This document shows positions 50,150 through 61,857 of a stretch of 64,000 nt of DNA, piece by piece. A program made the position numbers and the translations under genes. The notes beneath the pieces were generated by a model. It was not told the DNA's origin. It saw only the letters and a list, made by a program, of their open reading frames with translations, and ran no database searches. The DNA is taken from the NCBI GenBank assembly GCA_007128005.1, contig SKYF01000104.1:1232-65231 (forward strand). The letters are read 5' to 3'. The DNA comes from Bdellovibrionales bacterium (lineage in GTDB: Bacteria; Bdellovibrionota; Bdellovibrionia; Bdellovibrionales; UBA1609). Within the stretch, counting starts at the first letter, position 1. Every line of letters starts with the position of its first letter.

Positions 50150-50526
50150 CAGATCTCCCCCCCCTGTTGCACGGCTTTTTCAATGGCTTGAACCAGGTCT
50201 TTGGCCTCAAATGGTTTAGTCACATAATGACAGCATCCAGCCTCAATTGCCTTTAACATCATCGTCTCCTGATCGAGGGTGGAGCAGGCAATGACCTTAA
50301 CTCGAGGCTGCCTTTTAACAATCTCCGTGGTGGCTTCAACGCCACTTTTTTTTGGCATCACTAAGTCCATAAGAATGACATCTGGCTTGAGCTGCTCCGC
50401 CAATTCCACTGCCTCAACTCCGTCTTGGGCCTCCCCTACAATGACAAAGCCCCGTGGTTCTAAGAGCTCTTTTAAAAGCTCTCGGATAAAAGGGGCATCA
50501 TCTGCAATCAATATACGAATAGACAT
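50149..50526 (-). CDS. cheY: Single-domain response regulator (CheY-like)
   Basis: ILIADD, ILMDLVMP (phospho-Asp), YVTKPF. Confidence 0.85.
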   Translation of the reverse strand: MSIRILIADDAPFIRELLKELLEPRGFVIVGEAQDGVEAVELAEQLKPDVILMDLVMPKKSGVEATTEIVKRQPRVKVIACSTLDQETMMLKAIEAGCCHYVTKPFEAKDLVQAIEKAVQQGGEI

Positions 50527-50550
50527 CTTTCTATTTCTTATTAAAACAGA

Positions 50551-51708
50551 TTAGTTGCCCCAAGTATAGCCGAACTCAAAGACTGTCAAACCCTGATCCA
50601 CACGAACCCCCTGAGGGGTGACTGAGGTCTTGGGATCTATGCGTAGAGCTGGTCCCGAAAAGTTAGTTCGCTCAAAGCGATGCCGCAAACTCCAGAACAG
50701 CTGCTGATTTCTGTCCAAAACGTAAACTGAACCTAGAGATAGGTTCACCTGGTAATTGTCCTTAGACTTAGATCCTGAAGTGACTCGCTTCTCTTGATGG
50801 CTAAGTTGCGGCATGAGTCTTAGACCAAAGGTCCAGCTATGAAAATTACTATTGGGAACTCTCAGCTGCAGACTCACTTCAAGTCCAGAAGATCGATGAC
50901 TAAATCGATTGTCCATGGGGCCTGCTATCTTGACTTGAGACTCTCTGAAGTTCAAACCCGCGAGCAAAGAAGGGGCTCGTCGGGATAGACCGAAATGCTG
51001 CCTCAGCTTCAAGCCCATCGCCCCGTCCTGGTGTCTCAGACCCAAATTAACCCCTCCCACTGGACTGGACTCAAGGCTGTGTCCCAAGCTTGTCATATAG
51101 TCAAAATGCACGCCAAAGTGGGGGGTTACCCAAAAACCCAACTCCGTACTCAGACCTGGTCCGGCCGAGTAATAGTCTCTATACCAAAAGGCGCTGCTCG
51201 AATCATAATATAAAAAGGCCGGGGCCACACTGAGCTCCATAATATTCAGACGGGGATCCTGAGGATGAATGGATTTAATATAGTCCTCCATTCCTTCCGC
51301 AGAGCCACCCAAAAAAAGATCTCGGAGTCTACGCAAACGAGTGAGCTCTTCCTCAATCCCCTCTTCCACCCTCAGCTCACTATCGATGAGCGCCTCTTCT
51401 TTTTGGTCTAAGAGAGGCTCTTGAGGAGGGGGTGGTTGAGCAGAGAGGGCGGAAGGCTCCGGCTCCTGAGTTGAGGTTTCCGATGTGGGAGTAGGCCTTT
51501 CCGAACCCGGACGCAGGGTGTATCTACGCGAATCCAGATCACGACGCTCTGGGGTCTTGCCTCCTGAACGCAGTAACAAGCTTGTAGAAGGGTCTACTTG
51601 AGCGTGCGCATATGAGAAGAGCTCCGCACCCATTAGCCCAAGGGCGACGACCACGGCAACTGCGCCTAAAAACCTACTGTAGTAGAGAGAATGTTTTAAT
51701 TCTTGCAC
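50551..51708 (-). CDS. Exported protein with probable C-terminal outer-membrane beta-barrel
   Basis: Signal peptide (AHA), disordered N-part, alternating beta pattern ending FEFGYTWGN. Confidence 0.6.
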   Translation of the reverse strand: MQELKHSLYYSRFLGAVAVVVALGLMGAELFSYAHAQVDPSTSLLLRSGGKTPERRDLDSRRYTLRPGSERPTPTSETSTQEPEPSALSAQPPPPQEPLLDQKEEALIDSELRVEEGIEEELTRLRRLRDLFLGGSAEGMEDYIKSIHPQDPRLNIMELSVAPAFLYYDSSSAFWYRDYYSAGPGLSTELGFWVTPHFGVHFDYMTSLGHSLESSPVGGVNLGLRHQDGAMGLKLRQHFGLSRRAPSLLAGLNFRESQVKIAGPMDNRFSHRSSGLEVSLQLRVPNSNFHSWTFGLRLMPQLSHQEKRVTSGSKSKDNYQVNLSLGSVYVLDRNQQLFWSLRHRFERTNFSGPALRIDPKTSVTPQGVRVDQGLTVFEFGYTWGN

Positions 51709-51715
51709 TCACTCT

Positions 51716-51743
51716 ATTTCGGTAAAAGTCACTCAATGCTTTA
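51716..51743 (-). promoter_or_regulatory. Sigma28-like promoter
   Basis: Minus strand TAAAG-N15-ACCGAAAT upstream of the 51708 gene. Confidence 0.4.
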
Positions 51744-51806
51744 TGAAAATTGACCTTCGACCCATTTGGAATGCAGACTAGAAATTGAGAAGAGGGGATA
51801 AACTCT

Positions 51807-53384
51807 ATGCGCTTTCCAAAGTTAAGAATATCTTGTCTAACTCTAGCCCTTTGTCTAGGACCCTCCTTGAGTGCAGACAGTCAAATAAGACCTCTTCAAA
51901 GTCAGATCGACGACCTTCTTACAATTGAAACGATCACCATACTGCCCTTTGCGGACAACACTCAGGGAATTTACTCCCGTCCCCTAGAGACTCGGGTCTC
52001 TGATCAGCTCAGGAGTTTACATCGCTGGACCTTTCTTCCCTCTAGCACTCAAGGCCCTTACCGAACCTCAGAAGAACTAGACCAAGATCCAGAACTCGTC
52101 AGACAACTGGCCGATTCCATTGAAGCCGATGCATTCATTCTGGGAAGTATCAGTCGAGGCAATGAGGGGATTGCTTTGCAGTTGGATTTATACTTAAAGC
52201 GGGACGCACAGCTATTTGTTCGTGTGGATACAAGAGGTTTTGAGAGAAGTGACTTGGAATCCGTGGGACGGGAGATGGATCGGCTGTTGGCAAGAATGAT
52301 CCGACAGATTCCCTACGAGGGACGCATCCTAAGCCGCCAAGGACAGAGGGTGACTCTTAACCTTGGACAGAGAGACAATGTGTCCATAGACCAAGAGGTC
52401 TCTGTAGTCCAAATTATCTCCGCTCAAAGACACCCCCACTTTAATTTTGTTGTGAACACCGAAAAGACGACTCTCGGAAAAGTGAAACTACTTAAGGTAG
52501 ATGAAACTTTGAGTTTTGGAATCGTAGTCTCGGAAAAAGAGCCCGGCGCCATACAGAAGAACAGTAAGATTTCTGGACTCAGTCCAGTGACCTATCCCGA
52601 CCCCACTATAGAGCCTTTGGTCCGCAGGCAAGATGCAGAGCTTGCCTTTGGAGATGATCCTGTCGCCTGGGTTCCCAAAAGGCCCCCAACCTTTGGGCAA
52701 GTAGGGGGATTTCTAGGTTTTGGGCAGTTTAACCAGAACCTCTCGGTGCCAGACCTAGGAGTTCTTGAATCCAAGGACAAGCTCTTCCCTTCACTTTCGG
52801 TTTCAGCAGAACTTTGGCTGACGTCAAACTGGTCGGTCCTGGGAAGTCTTGAGCAGAGTATTGTTTCTTTCTCGAATCCCCTTTCTGGTTCTAGTCCTGA
52901 AAATCTAAACCAGCAGGTCTCTAGCTATGAACTCCTCTTTGGCTATAACTTTCGAGCCAATTACGACATCTGGGGCCCCCAAGCTCACATCCTCTTAGGC
53001 TATGGGAGCAAGCACCTGAGAGTGGATAACTCTGAGCCCCTGAGTTTTACCAGCCGCCTCTACTATGGTCCTCTGGTTACTCTCAGAGGTTCATTCCCAA
53101 TTCTTCCGGATCAGTCTTTGGGGGCCGGAGCAGAGCTCTCACTTTACTTGCGTCCCAAGCTCAGCGAACAACCCCTGACTTCAGGAGCAAGCCACTCTAA
53201 TAAAATCAACGAGTTTTCTGCTTTTCTCTACCAGCGCTATTCTGAGCATATTCGCTTACAGTTGAATCTAGATTTCGAACTCTATTCCACACAGTTCTCT
53301 GGAACCGGCACAAGGCCTGATTCAGCGACAAGCTCCAGCCACAGGTCCTCGAAAATTTCTGTTGGAGTCTACTACCTCTTTTAA
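51807..53384 (+). CDS. Exported protein with periplasmic domain and probable C-terminal beta-barrel
   Basis: Signal peptide; ITILPF and VTLNLG (TolB_N/FlgT-like flavour); ends SVGVYYLF (terminal Phe beta-signal). Confidence 0.6.
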   Translation: MRFPKLRISCLTLALCLGPSLSADSQIRPLQSQIDDLLTIETITILPFADNTQGIYSRPLETRVSDQLRSLHRWTFLPSSTQGPYRTSEELDQDPELVRQLADSIEADAFILGSISRGNEGIALQLDLYLKRDAQLFVRVDTRGFERSDLESVGREMDRLLARMIRQIPYEGRILSRQGQRVTLNLGQRDNVSIDQEVSVVQIISAQRHPHFNFVVNTEKTTLGKVKLLKVDETLSFGIVVSEKEPGAIQKNSKISGLSPVTYPDPTIEPLVRRQDAELAFGDDPVAWVPKRPPTFGQVGGFLGFGQFNQNLSVPDLGVLESKDKLFPSLSVSAELWLTSNWSVLGSLEQSIVSFSNPLSGSSPENLNQQVSSYELLFGYNFRANYDIWGPQAHILLGYGSKHLRVDNSEPLSFTSRLYYGPLVTLRGSFPILPDQSLGAGAELSLYLRPKLSEQPLTSGASHSNKINEFSAFLYQRYSEHIRLQLNLDFELYSTQFSGTGTRPDSATSSSHRSSKISVGVYYLF

Positions 53385-53418
53385 AAAAAATCCCAGGCCC
53401 TTTTAAAGAGCCTGGGAT
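53383..53418 (-). terminator. Rho-independent terminator of groEL (possibly bidirectional)
   Basis: ATCCCAGGC/GCCTGGGAT stem with A8 on the plus strand (U-tract on minus). Confidence 0.8.
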
Positions 53419-53446
53419 CCTTCCAAATCTTGACTGATTTTAATGT

Positions 53447-55093
<1,647 letters not shown>

Positions 55094-55147
55094 TTACCTC
55101 TTTATTTGGTTAGATAGTTTGCAAATCAAATAGCTTGCAATTGCCAG

Positions 55148-55450
55148 TTAGTTAAAAACCCCGAGGATGTCTTCTTCTCTCATCATCAGGTACTCAGCCT
55201 CACCCAACTTGAGCTCGGTTCCGGCATATTTGCTAAACAAAACCTTGTCTCCAGATTTCACTTCTAGAGGCAAAACTTTACCATCTTCGGTCACTCGACC
55301 TTTTCCTGTGGCAACGATTTCACCGCGCTGGGGCTTTTCCTTTGCGCTGTCGGGGATGATGATGCCCCCTGCCGTCTTTTCTTCTTCAGCCATTCGACGC
55401 ACCAAAATCTTATCATGAAGCGGACGAACGTTGAATTCCGCGCTAGCCAT
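55148..55450 (-). CDS. groES: Co-chaperonin GroES
   Basis: [32 protein letters not shown] before ATG 55450. Confidence 0.96.
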   Translation of the reverse strand: MASAEFNVRPLHDKILVRRMAEEEKTAGGIIIPDSAKEKPQRGEIVATGKGRVTEDGKVLPLEVKSGDKVLFSKYAGTELKLGEAEYLMMREEDILGVFN

Positions 55451-55527
55451 AGATACCTCCTGTTCTTTTTTGTATGAAAAAAAGTTTTTACTGAAAAAAC
55501 TTCTGCTTATAGCAATAAACCACTGCC

Positions 55528-55556
55528 AATATGGATGGTCTAAAAATTCTGTCAAG
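55528..55556 (-). promoter_or_regulatory. groESL promoter (sigma70- or sigma32-like)
   Basis: Minus strand CTTGACA-N15-CCATATT. Confidence 0.5.
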
Positions 55557-55584
55557 GCGGGACTGATAATTTTATTGGGGTTTG

Positions 55585-56145
55585 TTAGGGAGAGAGGTGG
55601 GCAGAGGATTTCAAGGCCCCTTCTGAGGGCCGAGAGGGCAGCTGCCCTCTGACCAATAGATGGTGCACAAGCTCTCCTGCCTCCTCAGTGCTGATGCTTT
55701 GCATTAAACTCTGAAGAAAGCCCAAATCACTCTTAAATTCAGACAGATAGATATCTAAATAAATCTCAAAATAGTCTTCTCTGCTGCGCTCCTCTGCATG
55801 CTGAAGGGTCTCTATGGCCTCGGCCAAAGCCCTCTCCTCCCGAGCAAAGTCAAACTCCTGAAGGCTGGCTTTGGACAGCTTTCCATTGGCCGCCAATTGC
55901 AACCTATTGGAGCGGCGCACAACTTGATTCTTTGCCTCGGCAATGTGCTGATCACGCCAAACTGAAAAGCTCAAAGGGGCTGACGAGGGATGGGAAACCA
56001 ACACTGAAGCTGACTCACTCTCCACTGCCTGCTGGCTCAACTGAGGCTCAGGTGCCGACGGATTGGCTGTGGCCTCAGCTGCGAGAACTGATGGGGAGCC
56101 CGAGAGCAGGGCAAAAACAAGAATGGATGCGGAAACCTGTATCAC
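55585..56145 (-). CDS. Hypothetical secreted protein
   Basis: GGAGG RBS, signal peptide (VLA), helical acidic body. Confidence 0.65.
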   Translation of the reverse strand: MIQVSASILVFALLSGSPSVLAAEATANPSAPEPQLSQQAVESESASVLVSHPSSAPLSFSVWRDQHIAEAKNQVVRRSNRLQLAANGKLSKASLQEFDFAREERALAEAIETLQHAEERSREDYFEIYLDIYLSEFKSDLGFLQSLMQSISTEEAGELVHHLLVRGQLPSRPSEGALKSSAHLSP

Positions 56146-56361
56146 CTAACGAACCTCCAGTTGAACGCTCAAAGTGGGTGCAAGACCCTTCTTTAGTGCT
56201 CATTCAAAGGACATACCAGGGCGTAGGACCTCTAGACTCTAGAGGAATTAGCCACTTAGAAAATAACTTGGTGCATTATGGGCGGACTTTTTTTGGCTCA
56301 CCCGGCCCTAAATAGTCCCTTTTGGGCCTCAATTCTATTGATCCGGGGCCTTAAGTCCAGG

Positions 56362-57618
56362 ATGTTAGGGTCTATGCTTGAGTCCATCTTACCCTGGAGT
56401 ATTGTGTTGATATTGATGGCGGCTTTGGTCTTTGAGCGCCGCCGAGCGGATCGAGCCGAGGTCAAACGCGAGGCCGCCCAAAGCCTGTCTATCCGTATGG
56501 AGGCTGAAAACAACAGCCTGCGGGAGTCCCTGGATGCTGAGCGGGCCTTGCTTGAGAAAGCCAAGGAGCAACTTCAGGACAGCTTTCGTAGCTTGGCCTC
56601 CAGTGTGCTGGAAAGCTCCAGTCGACAGTTCTTAGAGCTAGCCAAAGGCTCCTTGGAAAAGGAGGCCTTGTCAGCTCAGTCAGAACTCGACAAACGTCAA
56701 GTGGCCATACAGGAACTGGTTAAACCCCTAGCATCTGCTCTTGAGCGCTATCAAAATCAGGCCACTGAGATAGAACGAGAGCGGCAAAAATCCTATTCAC
56801 TCGTGGAGACAGAACTCAAAAGAGTGATTGAAGCAAACCTCAACCTCAGCCAAGAAACCGCTGCTCTAAAAAATGCCCTCAAGAAACCCCACGTTCGGGG
56901 GCGCTGGGGTGAGGTGCAGTTGCGCAATTGTGTCGAACTTGCCGGGATGTCTGAGTTTGCTGATGTGAGTTTCCAAGATCAAAATATCAACTCCGAGGGA
57001 CAAAGACTTATCCCAGATATGACGGTGAGAATGCCCGGGGGAAGAGTCGTTGTAGTGGATGCAAAAACCCCTGTTGAAGCCTTCTTAGCCTCTCTTGAAG
57101 CCATGACAGAAGAGCAACGCACAGCTGAAATGCTTCGCCATGGGCGCCACGTAAAGGAGCATGTGCGTAAACTCAGCAGCAAGGCCTACTCTGAAGCCCT
57201 GAAAGACTCCGCTGACTTCACTATAATGTTCTTACCCAATGAATCCTTCCTCTACGCAGCCCTCGAAGCTGAACCTGATCTGGTGGAGTATGCTCTCAAT
57301 CGCAAGGTTCTTGTGGCAACTCCCCCCACTTTGATTGGCTTACTCAAAGTGATTCGCTTTGGCTGGAATGAAGAAAAGCTCGCAGAAAATGCACTCAAAA
57401 TCTCCGAAGCTGGACAAGAGCTCCACCGCAGAGTCTGTGACTTTGTCGATGCCTATATGAACATAGGAAAACACCTGAATAAGGCCAAAGACGAATATGA
57501 AACCGGACTGATGCGCCTGGAGAGAAAGGTCCTCGTTCAAGCCCGAAAAATGGAGCATCTTGGTGTGCGCAGCAACAAAAGTCTACCAGAGGGAATGGGT
57601 GAAGAAAGTCATCTCTAG
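56362..57618 (+). CDS. rmuC: DNA recombination protein RmuC
   Basis: Coiled coil, RGRWGEVQL, PD...VVDAK, MFLPNE, ATPPTLIGLL. Start at 56362 or 56374. Confidence 0.9.
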   Translation: MLGSMLESILPWSIVLILMAALVFERRRADRAEVKREAAQSLSIRMEAENNSLRESLDAERALLEKAKEQLQDSFRSLASSVLESSSRQFLELAKGSLEKEALSAQSELDKRQVAIQELVKPLASALERYQNQATEIERERQKSYSLVETELKRVIEANLNLSQETAALKNALKKPHVRGRWGEVQLRNCVELAGMSEFADVSFQDQNINSEGQRLIPDMTVRMPGGRVVVVDAKTPVEAFLASLEAMTEEQRTAEMLRHGRHVKEHVRKLSSKAYSEALKDSADFTIMFLPNESFLYAALEAEPDLVEYALNRKVLVATPPTLIGLLKVIRFGWNEEKLAENALKISEAGQELHRRVCDFVDAYMNIGKHLNKAKDEYETGLMRLERKVLVQARKMEHLGVRSNKSLPEGMGEESHL

Positions 57619-57625
57619 ATCTCTG

Positions 57626-58537
57626 ATGTACCTAGCCCTTTTATTAGGAGCTCTAATGACCTTGGCTTCATGCTCTCACCTGTTTTTTTACCCGGACTCC
57701 AGAACCCATTATCCGGCTTTGCGCTCACAAAACCCTCCCCAGGTGATTCGCTTTGCTTCTCTAGATGGAACAACTCTGGACTCCTGGTTTTTTCAAAATG
57801 ATCCCGCATTGGGAACAGTTGTCCAATTTCACGGAAATGCCCAAAACATCTCAAGCCATTTTTTGAGTCTGGTTTGGCTGCGGGAAGAAGGCTTTAATTT
57901 TTTCACCTTCGATTACCGAGGCTATGGTCAATCCGAGGGCCGACCCGATATTCCTGGAGTCACCGAAGATGGGGTAGCCGCTCTGATCCAAGGCCTTGAA
58001 CTCCATCAAAAACACAGCCCCGATGGCCTTTTTGTGGTCATTGGCCAAAGCCTGGGGGGAGCCATCGCCCTTCGGGCCCTCGAACTGCGACCTGACCTAG
58101 CCCAACAGGTTGACCTCATTGTGATGGACTCAAGCTTTGCCTCATACCAAGAGGTGGCTGCCTCTGCTTTAAGGAGCACCTGGGTGACATGGTTATTCAG
58201 CCCGCTTGCCTATATACTTATCAGTGACCGCCACAGCGAAAAAAATTTTCTTGAGAACACAACAACTCCCATACTCGTTATCCATGACAGAAACGATCCC
58301 GTAGTGAGTTTTAAACTGGGAGAAAAAATTTATAGTCGGGCGAAAAACCCAATAGGACTTTGGGCTCCGGAGGACGGTCAACATATAGGGGCTTTTATAG
58401 ACTCCACCTCACCATTCAGAGAGAAACTACTCGATCTTCTCAATGAACTGGCAAGGACCACCAAGGCGAACCCTCATCCAGATCATCTTCCTGGACAAAT
58501 CTCACCTCCTTTGCATCCTCCATCATCCAAAGACTAA
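57626..58537 (+). CDS. Alpha/beta hydrolase lipoprotein
   Basis: Lipobox LASC, FHGNAQN, DYRGYGQSEG, GQSLGG, DPVV, GQH. Confidence 0.88.
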   Translation: MYLALLLGALMTLASCSHLFFYPDSRTHYPALRSQNPPQVIRFASLDGTTLDSWFFQNDPALGTVVQFHGNAQNISSHFLSLVWLREEGFNFFTFDYRGYGQSEGRPDIPGVTEDGVAALIQGLELHQKHSPDGLFVVIGQSLGGAIALRALELRPDLAQQVDLIVMDSSFASYQEVAASALRSTWVTWLFSPLAYILISDRHSEKNFLENTTTPILVIHDRNDPVVSFKLGEKIYSRAKNPIGLWAPEDGQHIGAFIDSTSPFREKLLDLLNELARTTKANPHPDHLPGQISPPLHPPSSKD

Positions 58538-58901
58538 AGCCTCTGACTCCTGATTCTTTCTGCCAAAATTCAATCCTATATTTCCCATCCACAGAGATAT
58601 AAAATTCCTGTGTCTGGTGGCCCTCTGAAAGCTCCCGCTTGAAGTAACCATTTTCTATTAATTCAAAGACCATCTCACCATTGACTTGCTGACGACTGCG
58701 AAGCATGTCGAACCAAAGCTCTGCCTTGTTCTCGCTCGTCCGACCCAGATCCACCCTCAAGAGCAGCTCTTCACAAAAGAAGGCCGTCTGATGCCTTACA
58801 GCTTGATGGGAAGTCAAAGACCAAGCCATGGCCGGAAATAAACAGAGAACAGAAAGAAGAATTTTAAAGAAGCGCAATAACCCCTCTTGAATCATAGACA
58901 C
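58440..58901 (-). CDS. Hypothetical exported protein
   Basis: Signal-peptide-like (AMAWS). Its 3' end overlaps the convergent hydrolase. Confidence 0.55.
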   Translation of the reverse strand: MSMIQEGLLRFFKILLSVLCLFPAMAWSLTSHQAVRHQTAFFCEELLLRVDLGRTSENKAELWFDMLRSRQQVNGEMVFELIENGYFKRELSEGHQTQEFYISVDGKYRIEFWQKESGVRGFSLWMMEDAKEVRFVQEDDLDEGSPWWSLPVH

Positions 58902-59017
58902 CCCCCCCGGGCTGAATTCGTTAACAACAACCCTAAACGAGTTCTCTATATTTTTCTAGGGCTTACTAAGGGTATCTTTAGGTCTGTAAAATATATTCTG
59001 TCGGGAGGGCCAGTTAT

Positions 59018-59998
59018 TTACTTTTTTCTCAGGAGGTTCAGGAATTCGCTGTCGCTGGATAGAATCATCTCCGTCTCTGGTTGAATCGCCTTCTCATAGG
59101 CCTGAAGCTTCCGTAAAAACTGATAAAATCCCGCATCCCTGCCAACCGATTGCGCGTAAATCACAATGGCCTCGGCCTCCGCTTTACCCAAGATAGCTTG
59201 TGATCTCTGGTAAGCCTCGGACTCAATAGATTGAAGTTCCCGGCTCAAGCGCCCCTCAATTCGCGCCTGCTCCCCCTTACCCAAAGAGCGGAGCTTTTCG
59301 GCAATTCGCACCCGTTCAGAGATCATACGCTCATAGACTCTCTGTTCAACGCTCTGCTCATAGGATATACGTCGGAGCTGAACATCCACCAACTGCACTC
59401 CAAATTGCTGGAGACGTTCCTCAGCTTGTTCAGCAATCATCTGACTCAATCGCTCTCGCCCCACAACTATCTTATCAATCTCACCAATGACTTCTTCTTC
59501 TACGCCCTCAATATCCGTTTCAGACCTCTCCCGCCGCTCCTCTTTGCGTCTTTCAATCTCATCTAAAATGTCATTGGAGTTTCTCACCGCCTCAACCAAT
59601 TTATAGTTGGAAATAACATCTCGAGTGGCTGCATCCAAAATGGTATCCAAACGGGTGCGCACACCCGCCTCACTCTGCACCGTCTGAATAAACCTTAGGG
59701 CATCAACCACCCTATAGCGAGCCGTCGTGTCCACTCTAATAAACTTATTGTCCCCAGTGCGGATCTCATTGGGCTCTCCATCCCAGGACATAATCCGCCT
59801 GTCAACATAGCGAAGCTCTTGGACAAAGGGCAACTTGAAGTGCAGACCTGCTTTAGTGATGGGCTCACCAATCGGTCGACCAAACTGAGTCACCACAACT
59901 TGCTTGGCTTCAGGAACAATATAAAGCGAGTTTATGGCTACCACCAGAACCACCACAGTTAGGGAAGCAATAATAAGTGGAAGGATACTCCTTATCAT
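59018..59998 (-). CDS. hflC: FtsH modulator HflC
   Basis: AGLHFKLPF, VYERMISER, FYQFLRKL; SPFH domain. Confidence 0.92.
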   Translation of the reverse strand: MIRSILPLIIASLTVVVLVVAINSLYIVPEAKQVVVTQFGRPIGEPITKAGLHFKLPFVQELRYVDRRIMSWDGEPNEIRTGDNKFIRVDTTARYRVVDALRFIQTVQSEAGVRTRLDTILDAATRDVISNYKLVEAVRNSNDILDEIERRKEERRERSETDIEGVEEEVIGEIDKIVVGRERLSQMIAEQAEERLQQFGVQLVDVQLRRISYEQSVEQRVYERMISERVRIAEKLRSLGKGEQARIEGRLSRELQSIESEAYQRSQAILGKAEAEAIVIYAQSVGRDAGFYQFLRKLQAYEKAIQPETEMILSSDSEFLNLLRKK

Positions 59999-61038
59999 TA
60001 ATTCTCCCTCCTTGTAGCCCTCTGTCCTGAGAGCCCCTCAGGACCAAATACAGGCAGAACCCCCTTTACAGCGGGGTCCACAATCGTAATTTTCTTCACT
60101 CTCTCAAAGAGAGCCTCCATCGTCTCCAAATAGAGCCTCTCCCTGGTGACTGCCGGAGCCCTGCGGTATTCTGCAAGCATCGAATTGAATTTATCGGCTT
60201 CTCCACGGGCTTGGTTGACAATGGCTTGAGCCCGCCCCTCAGCTTGAGCCACCGTCTGCTCAGCTCGGCCCCGTGCCTCGGGAATGACTTTATTGTAGCG
60301 AGCTTCAGCTTGGTTGATGAGCTTTTCCAACTCCTGTCGAGCTGCATTGACCTCATTAAAAGAGGGCCTCACACTCTCAGGGGGAAGGACATCTTGAAAT
60401 TCAATGGCAATCACTCGAATGCCCAAATCGTATTGGTCCAAAATTTCCTGGATCAAAAGCCTCGATTCAGAGGCCATCCCGGTTCTCTCAAAAACCGCAT
60501 TCACAAGACGATCTCCCACAACCCTGCGAATGATCGCCTCGGAGACATCGCGAATATTTTTCTGAGGGTCGTTTGTGGCAAACAAAAACTTATAGGGATC
60601 TGAAATCTGGTACTGCACCACCCACGCTACATCGGCGATGTTCAGATCTCCTGTCAGCATAAGAGACTCAGCCAACAAACTAGGCTTCCTATTGGAAGCC
60701 CCTACCTGTCTGTGAGTTTGAGTCGTGCGAAAGCCAAACTCCTCCTGCAGAATTTGCTGGGTCTGAAGCTTGTAGACTCTATCGACTCCGTAGGGCAACT
60801 TAAACTGAAGGCCCGGCCCCTTAGTCCCCACATAGCGGCCCAGCCGCAAAACTACCGCCTCCTCGTCCGGCTGCACTGTATAAAATAAGCCCACAGCCCC
60901 CCAAAGAAGCAGAACACCCGCCACCACGGCAGCTAAAGGAGTCCAAAGATTTCGTCCCTGAAAAAACCGTGACAGTTCTCTCAGTAACCGCTCAAATTCA
61001 TCATCACTTCGATGTCGTCCATTGTGTCCAAAACTCAT
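59998..61038 (-). CDS. hflK: FtsH modulator HflK
   Basis: YTVQPDEEAVVLRLG, MLTGDLNI, YRRAPAVTRERLYLETM. Confidence 0.92.
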   Translation of the reverse strand: MSFGHNGRHRSDDEFERLLRELSRFFQGRNLWTPLAAVVAGVLLLWGAVGLFYTVQPDEEAVVLRLGRYVGTKGPGLQFKLPYGVDRVYKLQTQQILQEEFGFRTTQTHRQVGASNRKPSLLAESLMLTGDLNIADVAWVVQYQISDPYKFLFATNDPQKNIRDVSEAIIRRVVGDRLVNAVFERTGMASESRLLIQEILDQYDLGIRVIAIEFQDVLPPESVRPSFNEVNAARQELEKLINQAEARYNKVIPEARGRAEQTVAQAEGRAQAIVNQARGEADKFNSMLAEYRRAPAVTRERLYLETMEALFERVKKITIVDPAVKGVLPVFGPEGLSGQRATRREN

Positions 61039-61190
61039 AATGTGGGGAAACTAACCCCAATCCATGCTCGAGTGCAAGAGCACAAGGTGCCAGGCCGTGT
61101 TTGGTTACGCTTCATGTTGAAAGCCCGGACAGAGCTTCCGATAAGCGGACACAGTGGGCTCTCTAACTGTCTCTATTTTGCCATAGGCCC

Positions 61191-61206
61191 TGGCAGCCAA
61201 TTTGCT
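61191..61206 (+). promoter_or_regulatory. Sigma54-like promoter of the transposase
   Basis: TGGCAGCCAATTTGCT with GG-N10-GC spacing; predicted +1 about 2 nt before ATG 61219. Confidence 0.55.
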
Positions 61207-61218
61207 ACCCCACTTCGC

Positions 61219-61857
61219 ATGGCCAGACACAGAGTGGTTCTTCAGTCAGAGTTCCCCTATAATATCACTGCAAGATGCATCAACCGAGAGTGGTTCAAAC
61301 TCCCCATGCAGTACGTCTGGGATGTTTTTTGCGATGAGCTCAGGAGAACTTGTGAAGATCACAACTTGGTCATCCACTCTTTTGTATTGATGAGCAATCA
61401 CTTTCACCTCATCGCATCCACCCCAAACGCAAATATCAGCCAGTGCACCCATCAATTCATGACTCGAATAAGTCGAAAACTCACACGTGCAGGCAATAGA
61501 ATGAATGAGACCTTTGCCGGAAGACACCATAAGACGATTCTGCAATCATCGAACTATTTTCTAAATGCATATAAGTACAATTACAGAAACCCCGTGGAGG
61601 CTGGTGCTTGTGTGCGAGTTGAAGACTATCCCTTCAGCACCCTACAAATTCTTCTTGGAAAAATAGAGTCTTCACTTCTGCTGGAAGAGGACACGACATT
61701 CCTCTGCGATCCTACGGGGACATTAAAATGGCTAAACACAACGCCAGAAAAAATCAAACTGGACGCTGTAAAACTTGCCTTAAAAAAACAGTACTTTACA
61801 TCAAAGATAGACAGGAAAACTCGAAAACCGATTTTGGGAGAGGCCGACTGCTTATAA
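61219..61857 (+). CDS. REP-associated tyrosine transposase (RAYT, Y1 HUH)
   Basis: YNITARCINRE, FVLMSNHFHL (HUH), FAGR, YNYRNPVEAG (catalytic Tyr region), DYPFST. Confidence 0.88.
   Translation: MARHRVVLQSEFPYNITARCINREWFKLPMQYVWDVFCDELRRTCEDHNLVIHSFVLMSNHFHLIASTPNANISQCTHQFMTRISRKLTRAGNRMNETFAGRHHKTILQSSNYFLNAYKYNYRNPVEAGACVRVEDYPFSTLQILLGKIESSLLLEEDTTFLCDPTGTLKWLNTTPEKIKLDAVKLALKKQYFTSKIDRKTRKPILGEADCL

Noticed and set aside
55500..55530. CIRCE or sigma54 site upstream of groES
   Set aside because: No TTAGCACTC-N9-GAGTGCTAA match; TGGCAG...TTGCT has GG-N12-GC spacing rather than N10.
61012..61218. 69-aa N-terminal extension of the transposase ORF
   Set aside because: It overlaps the hflK start and crosses the left inverted repeat; family similarity begins at MARH (61219).
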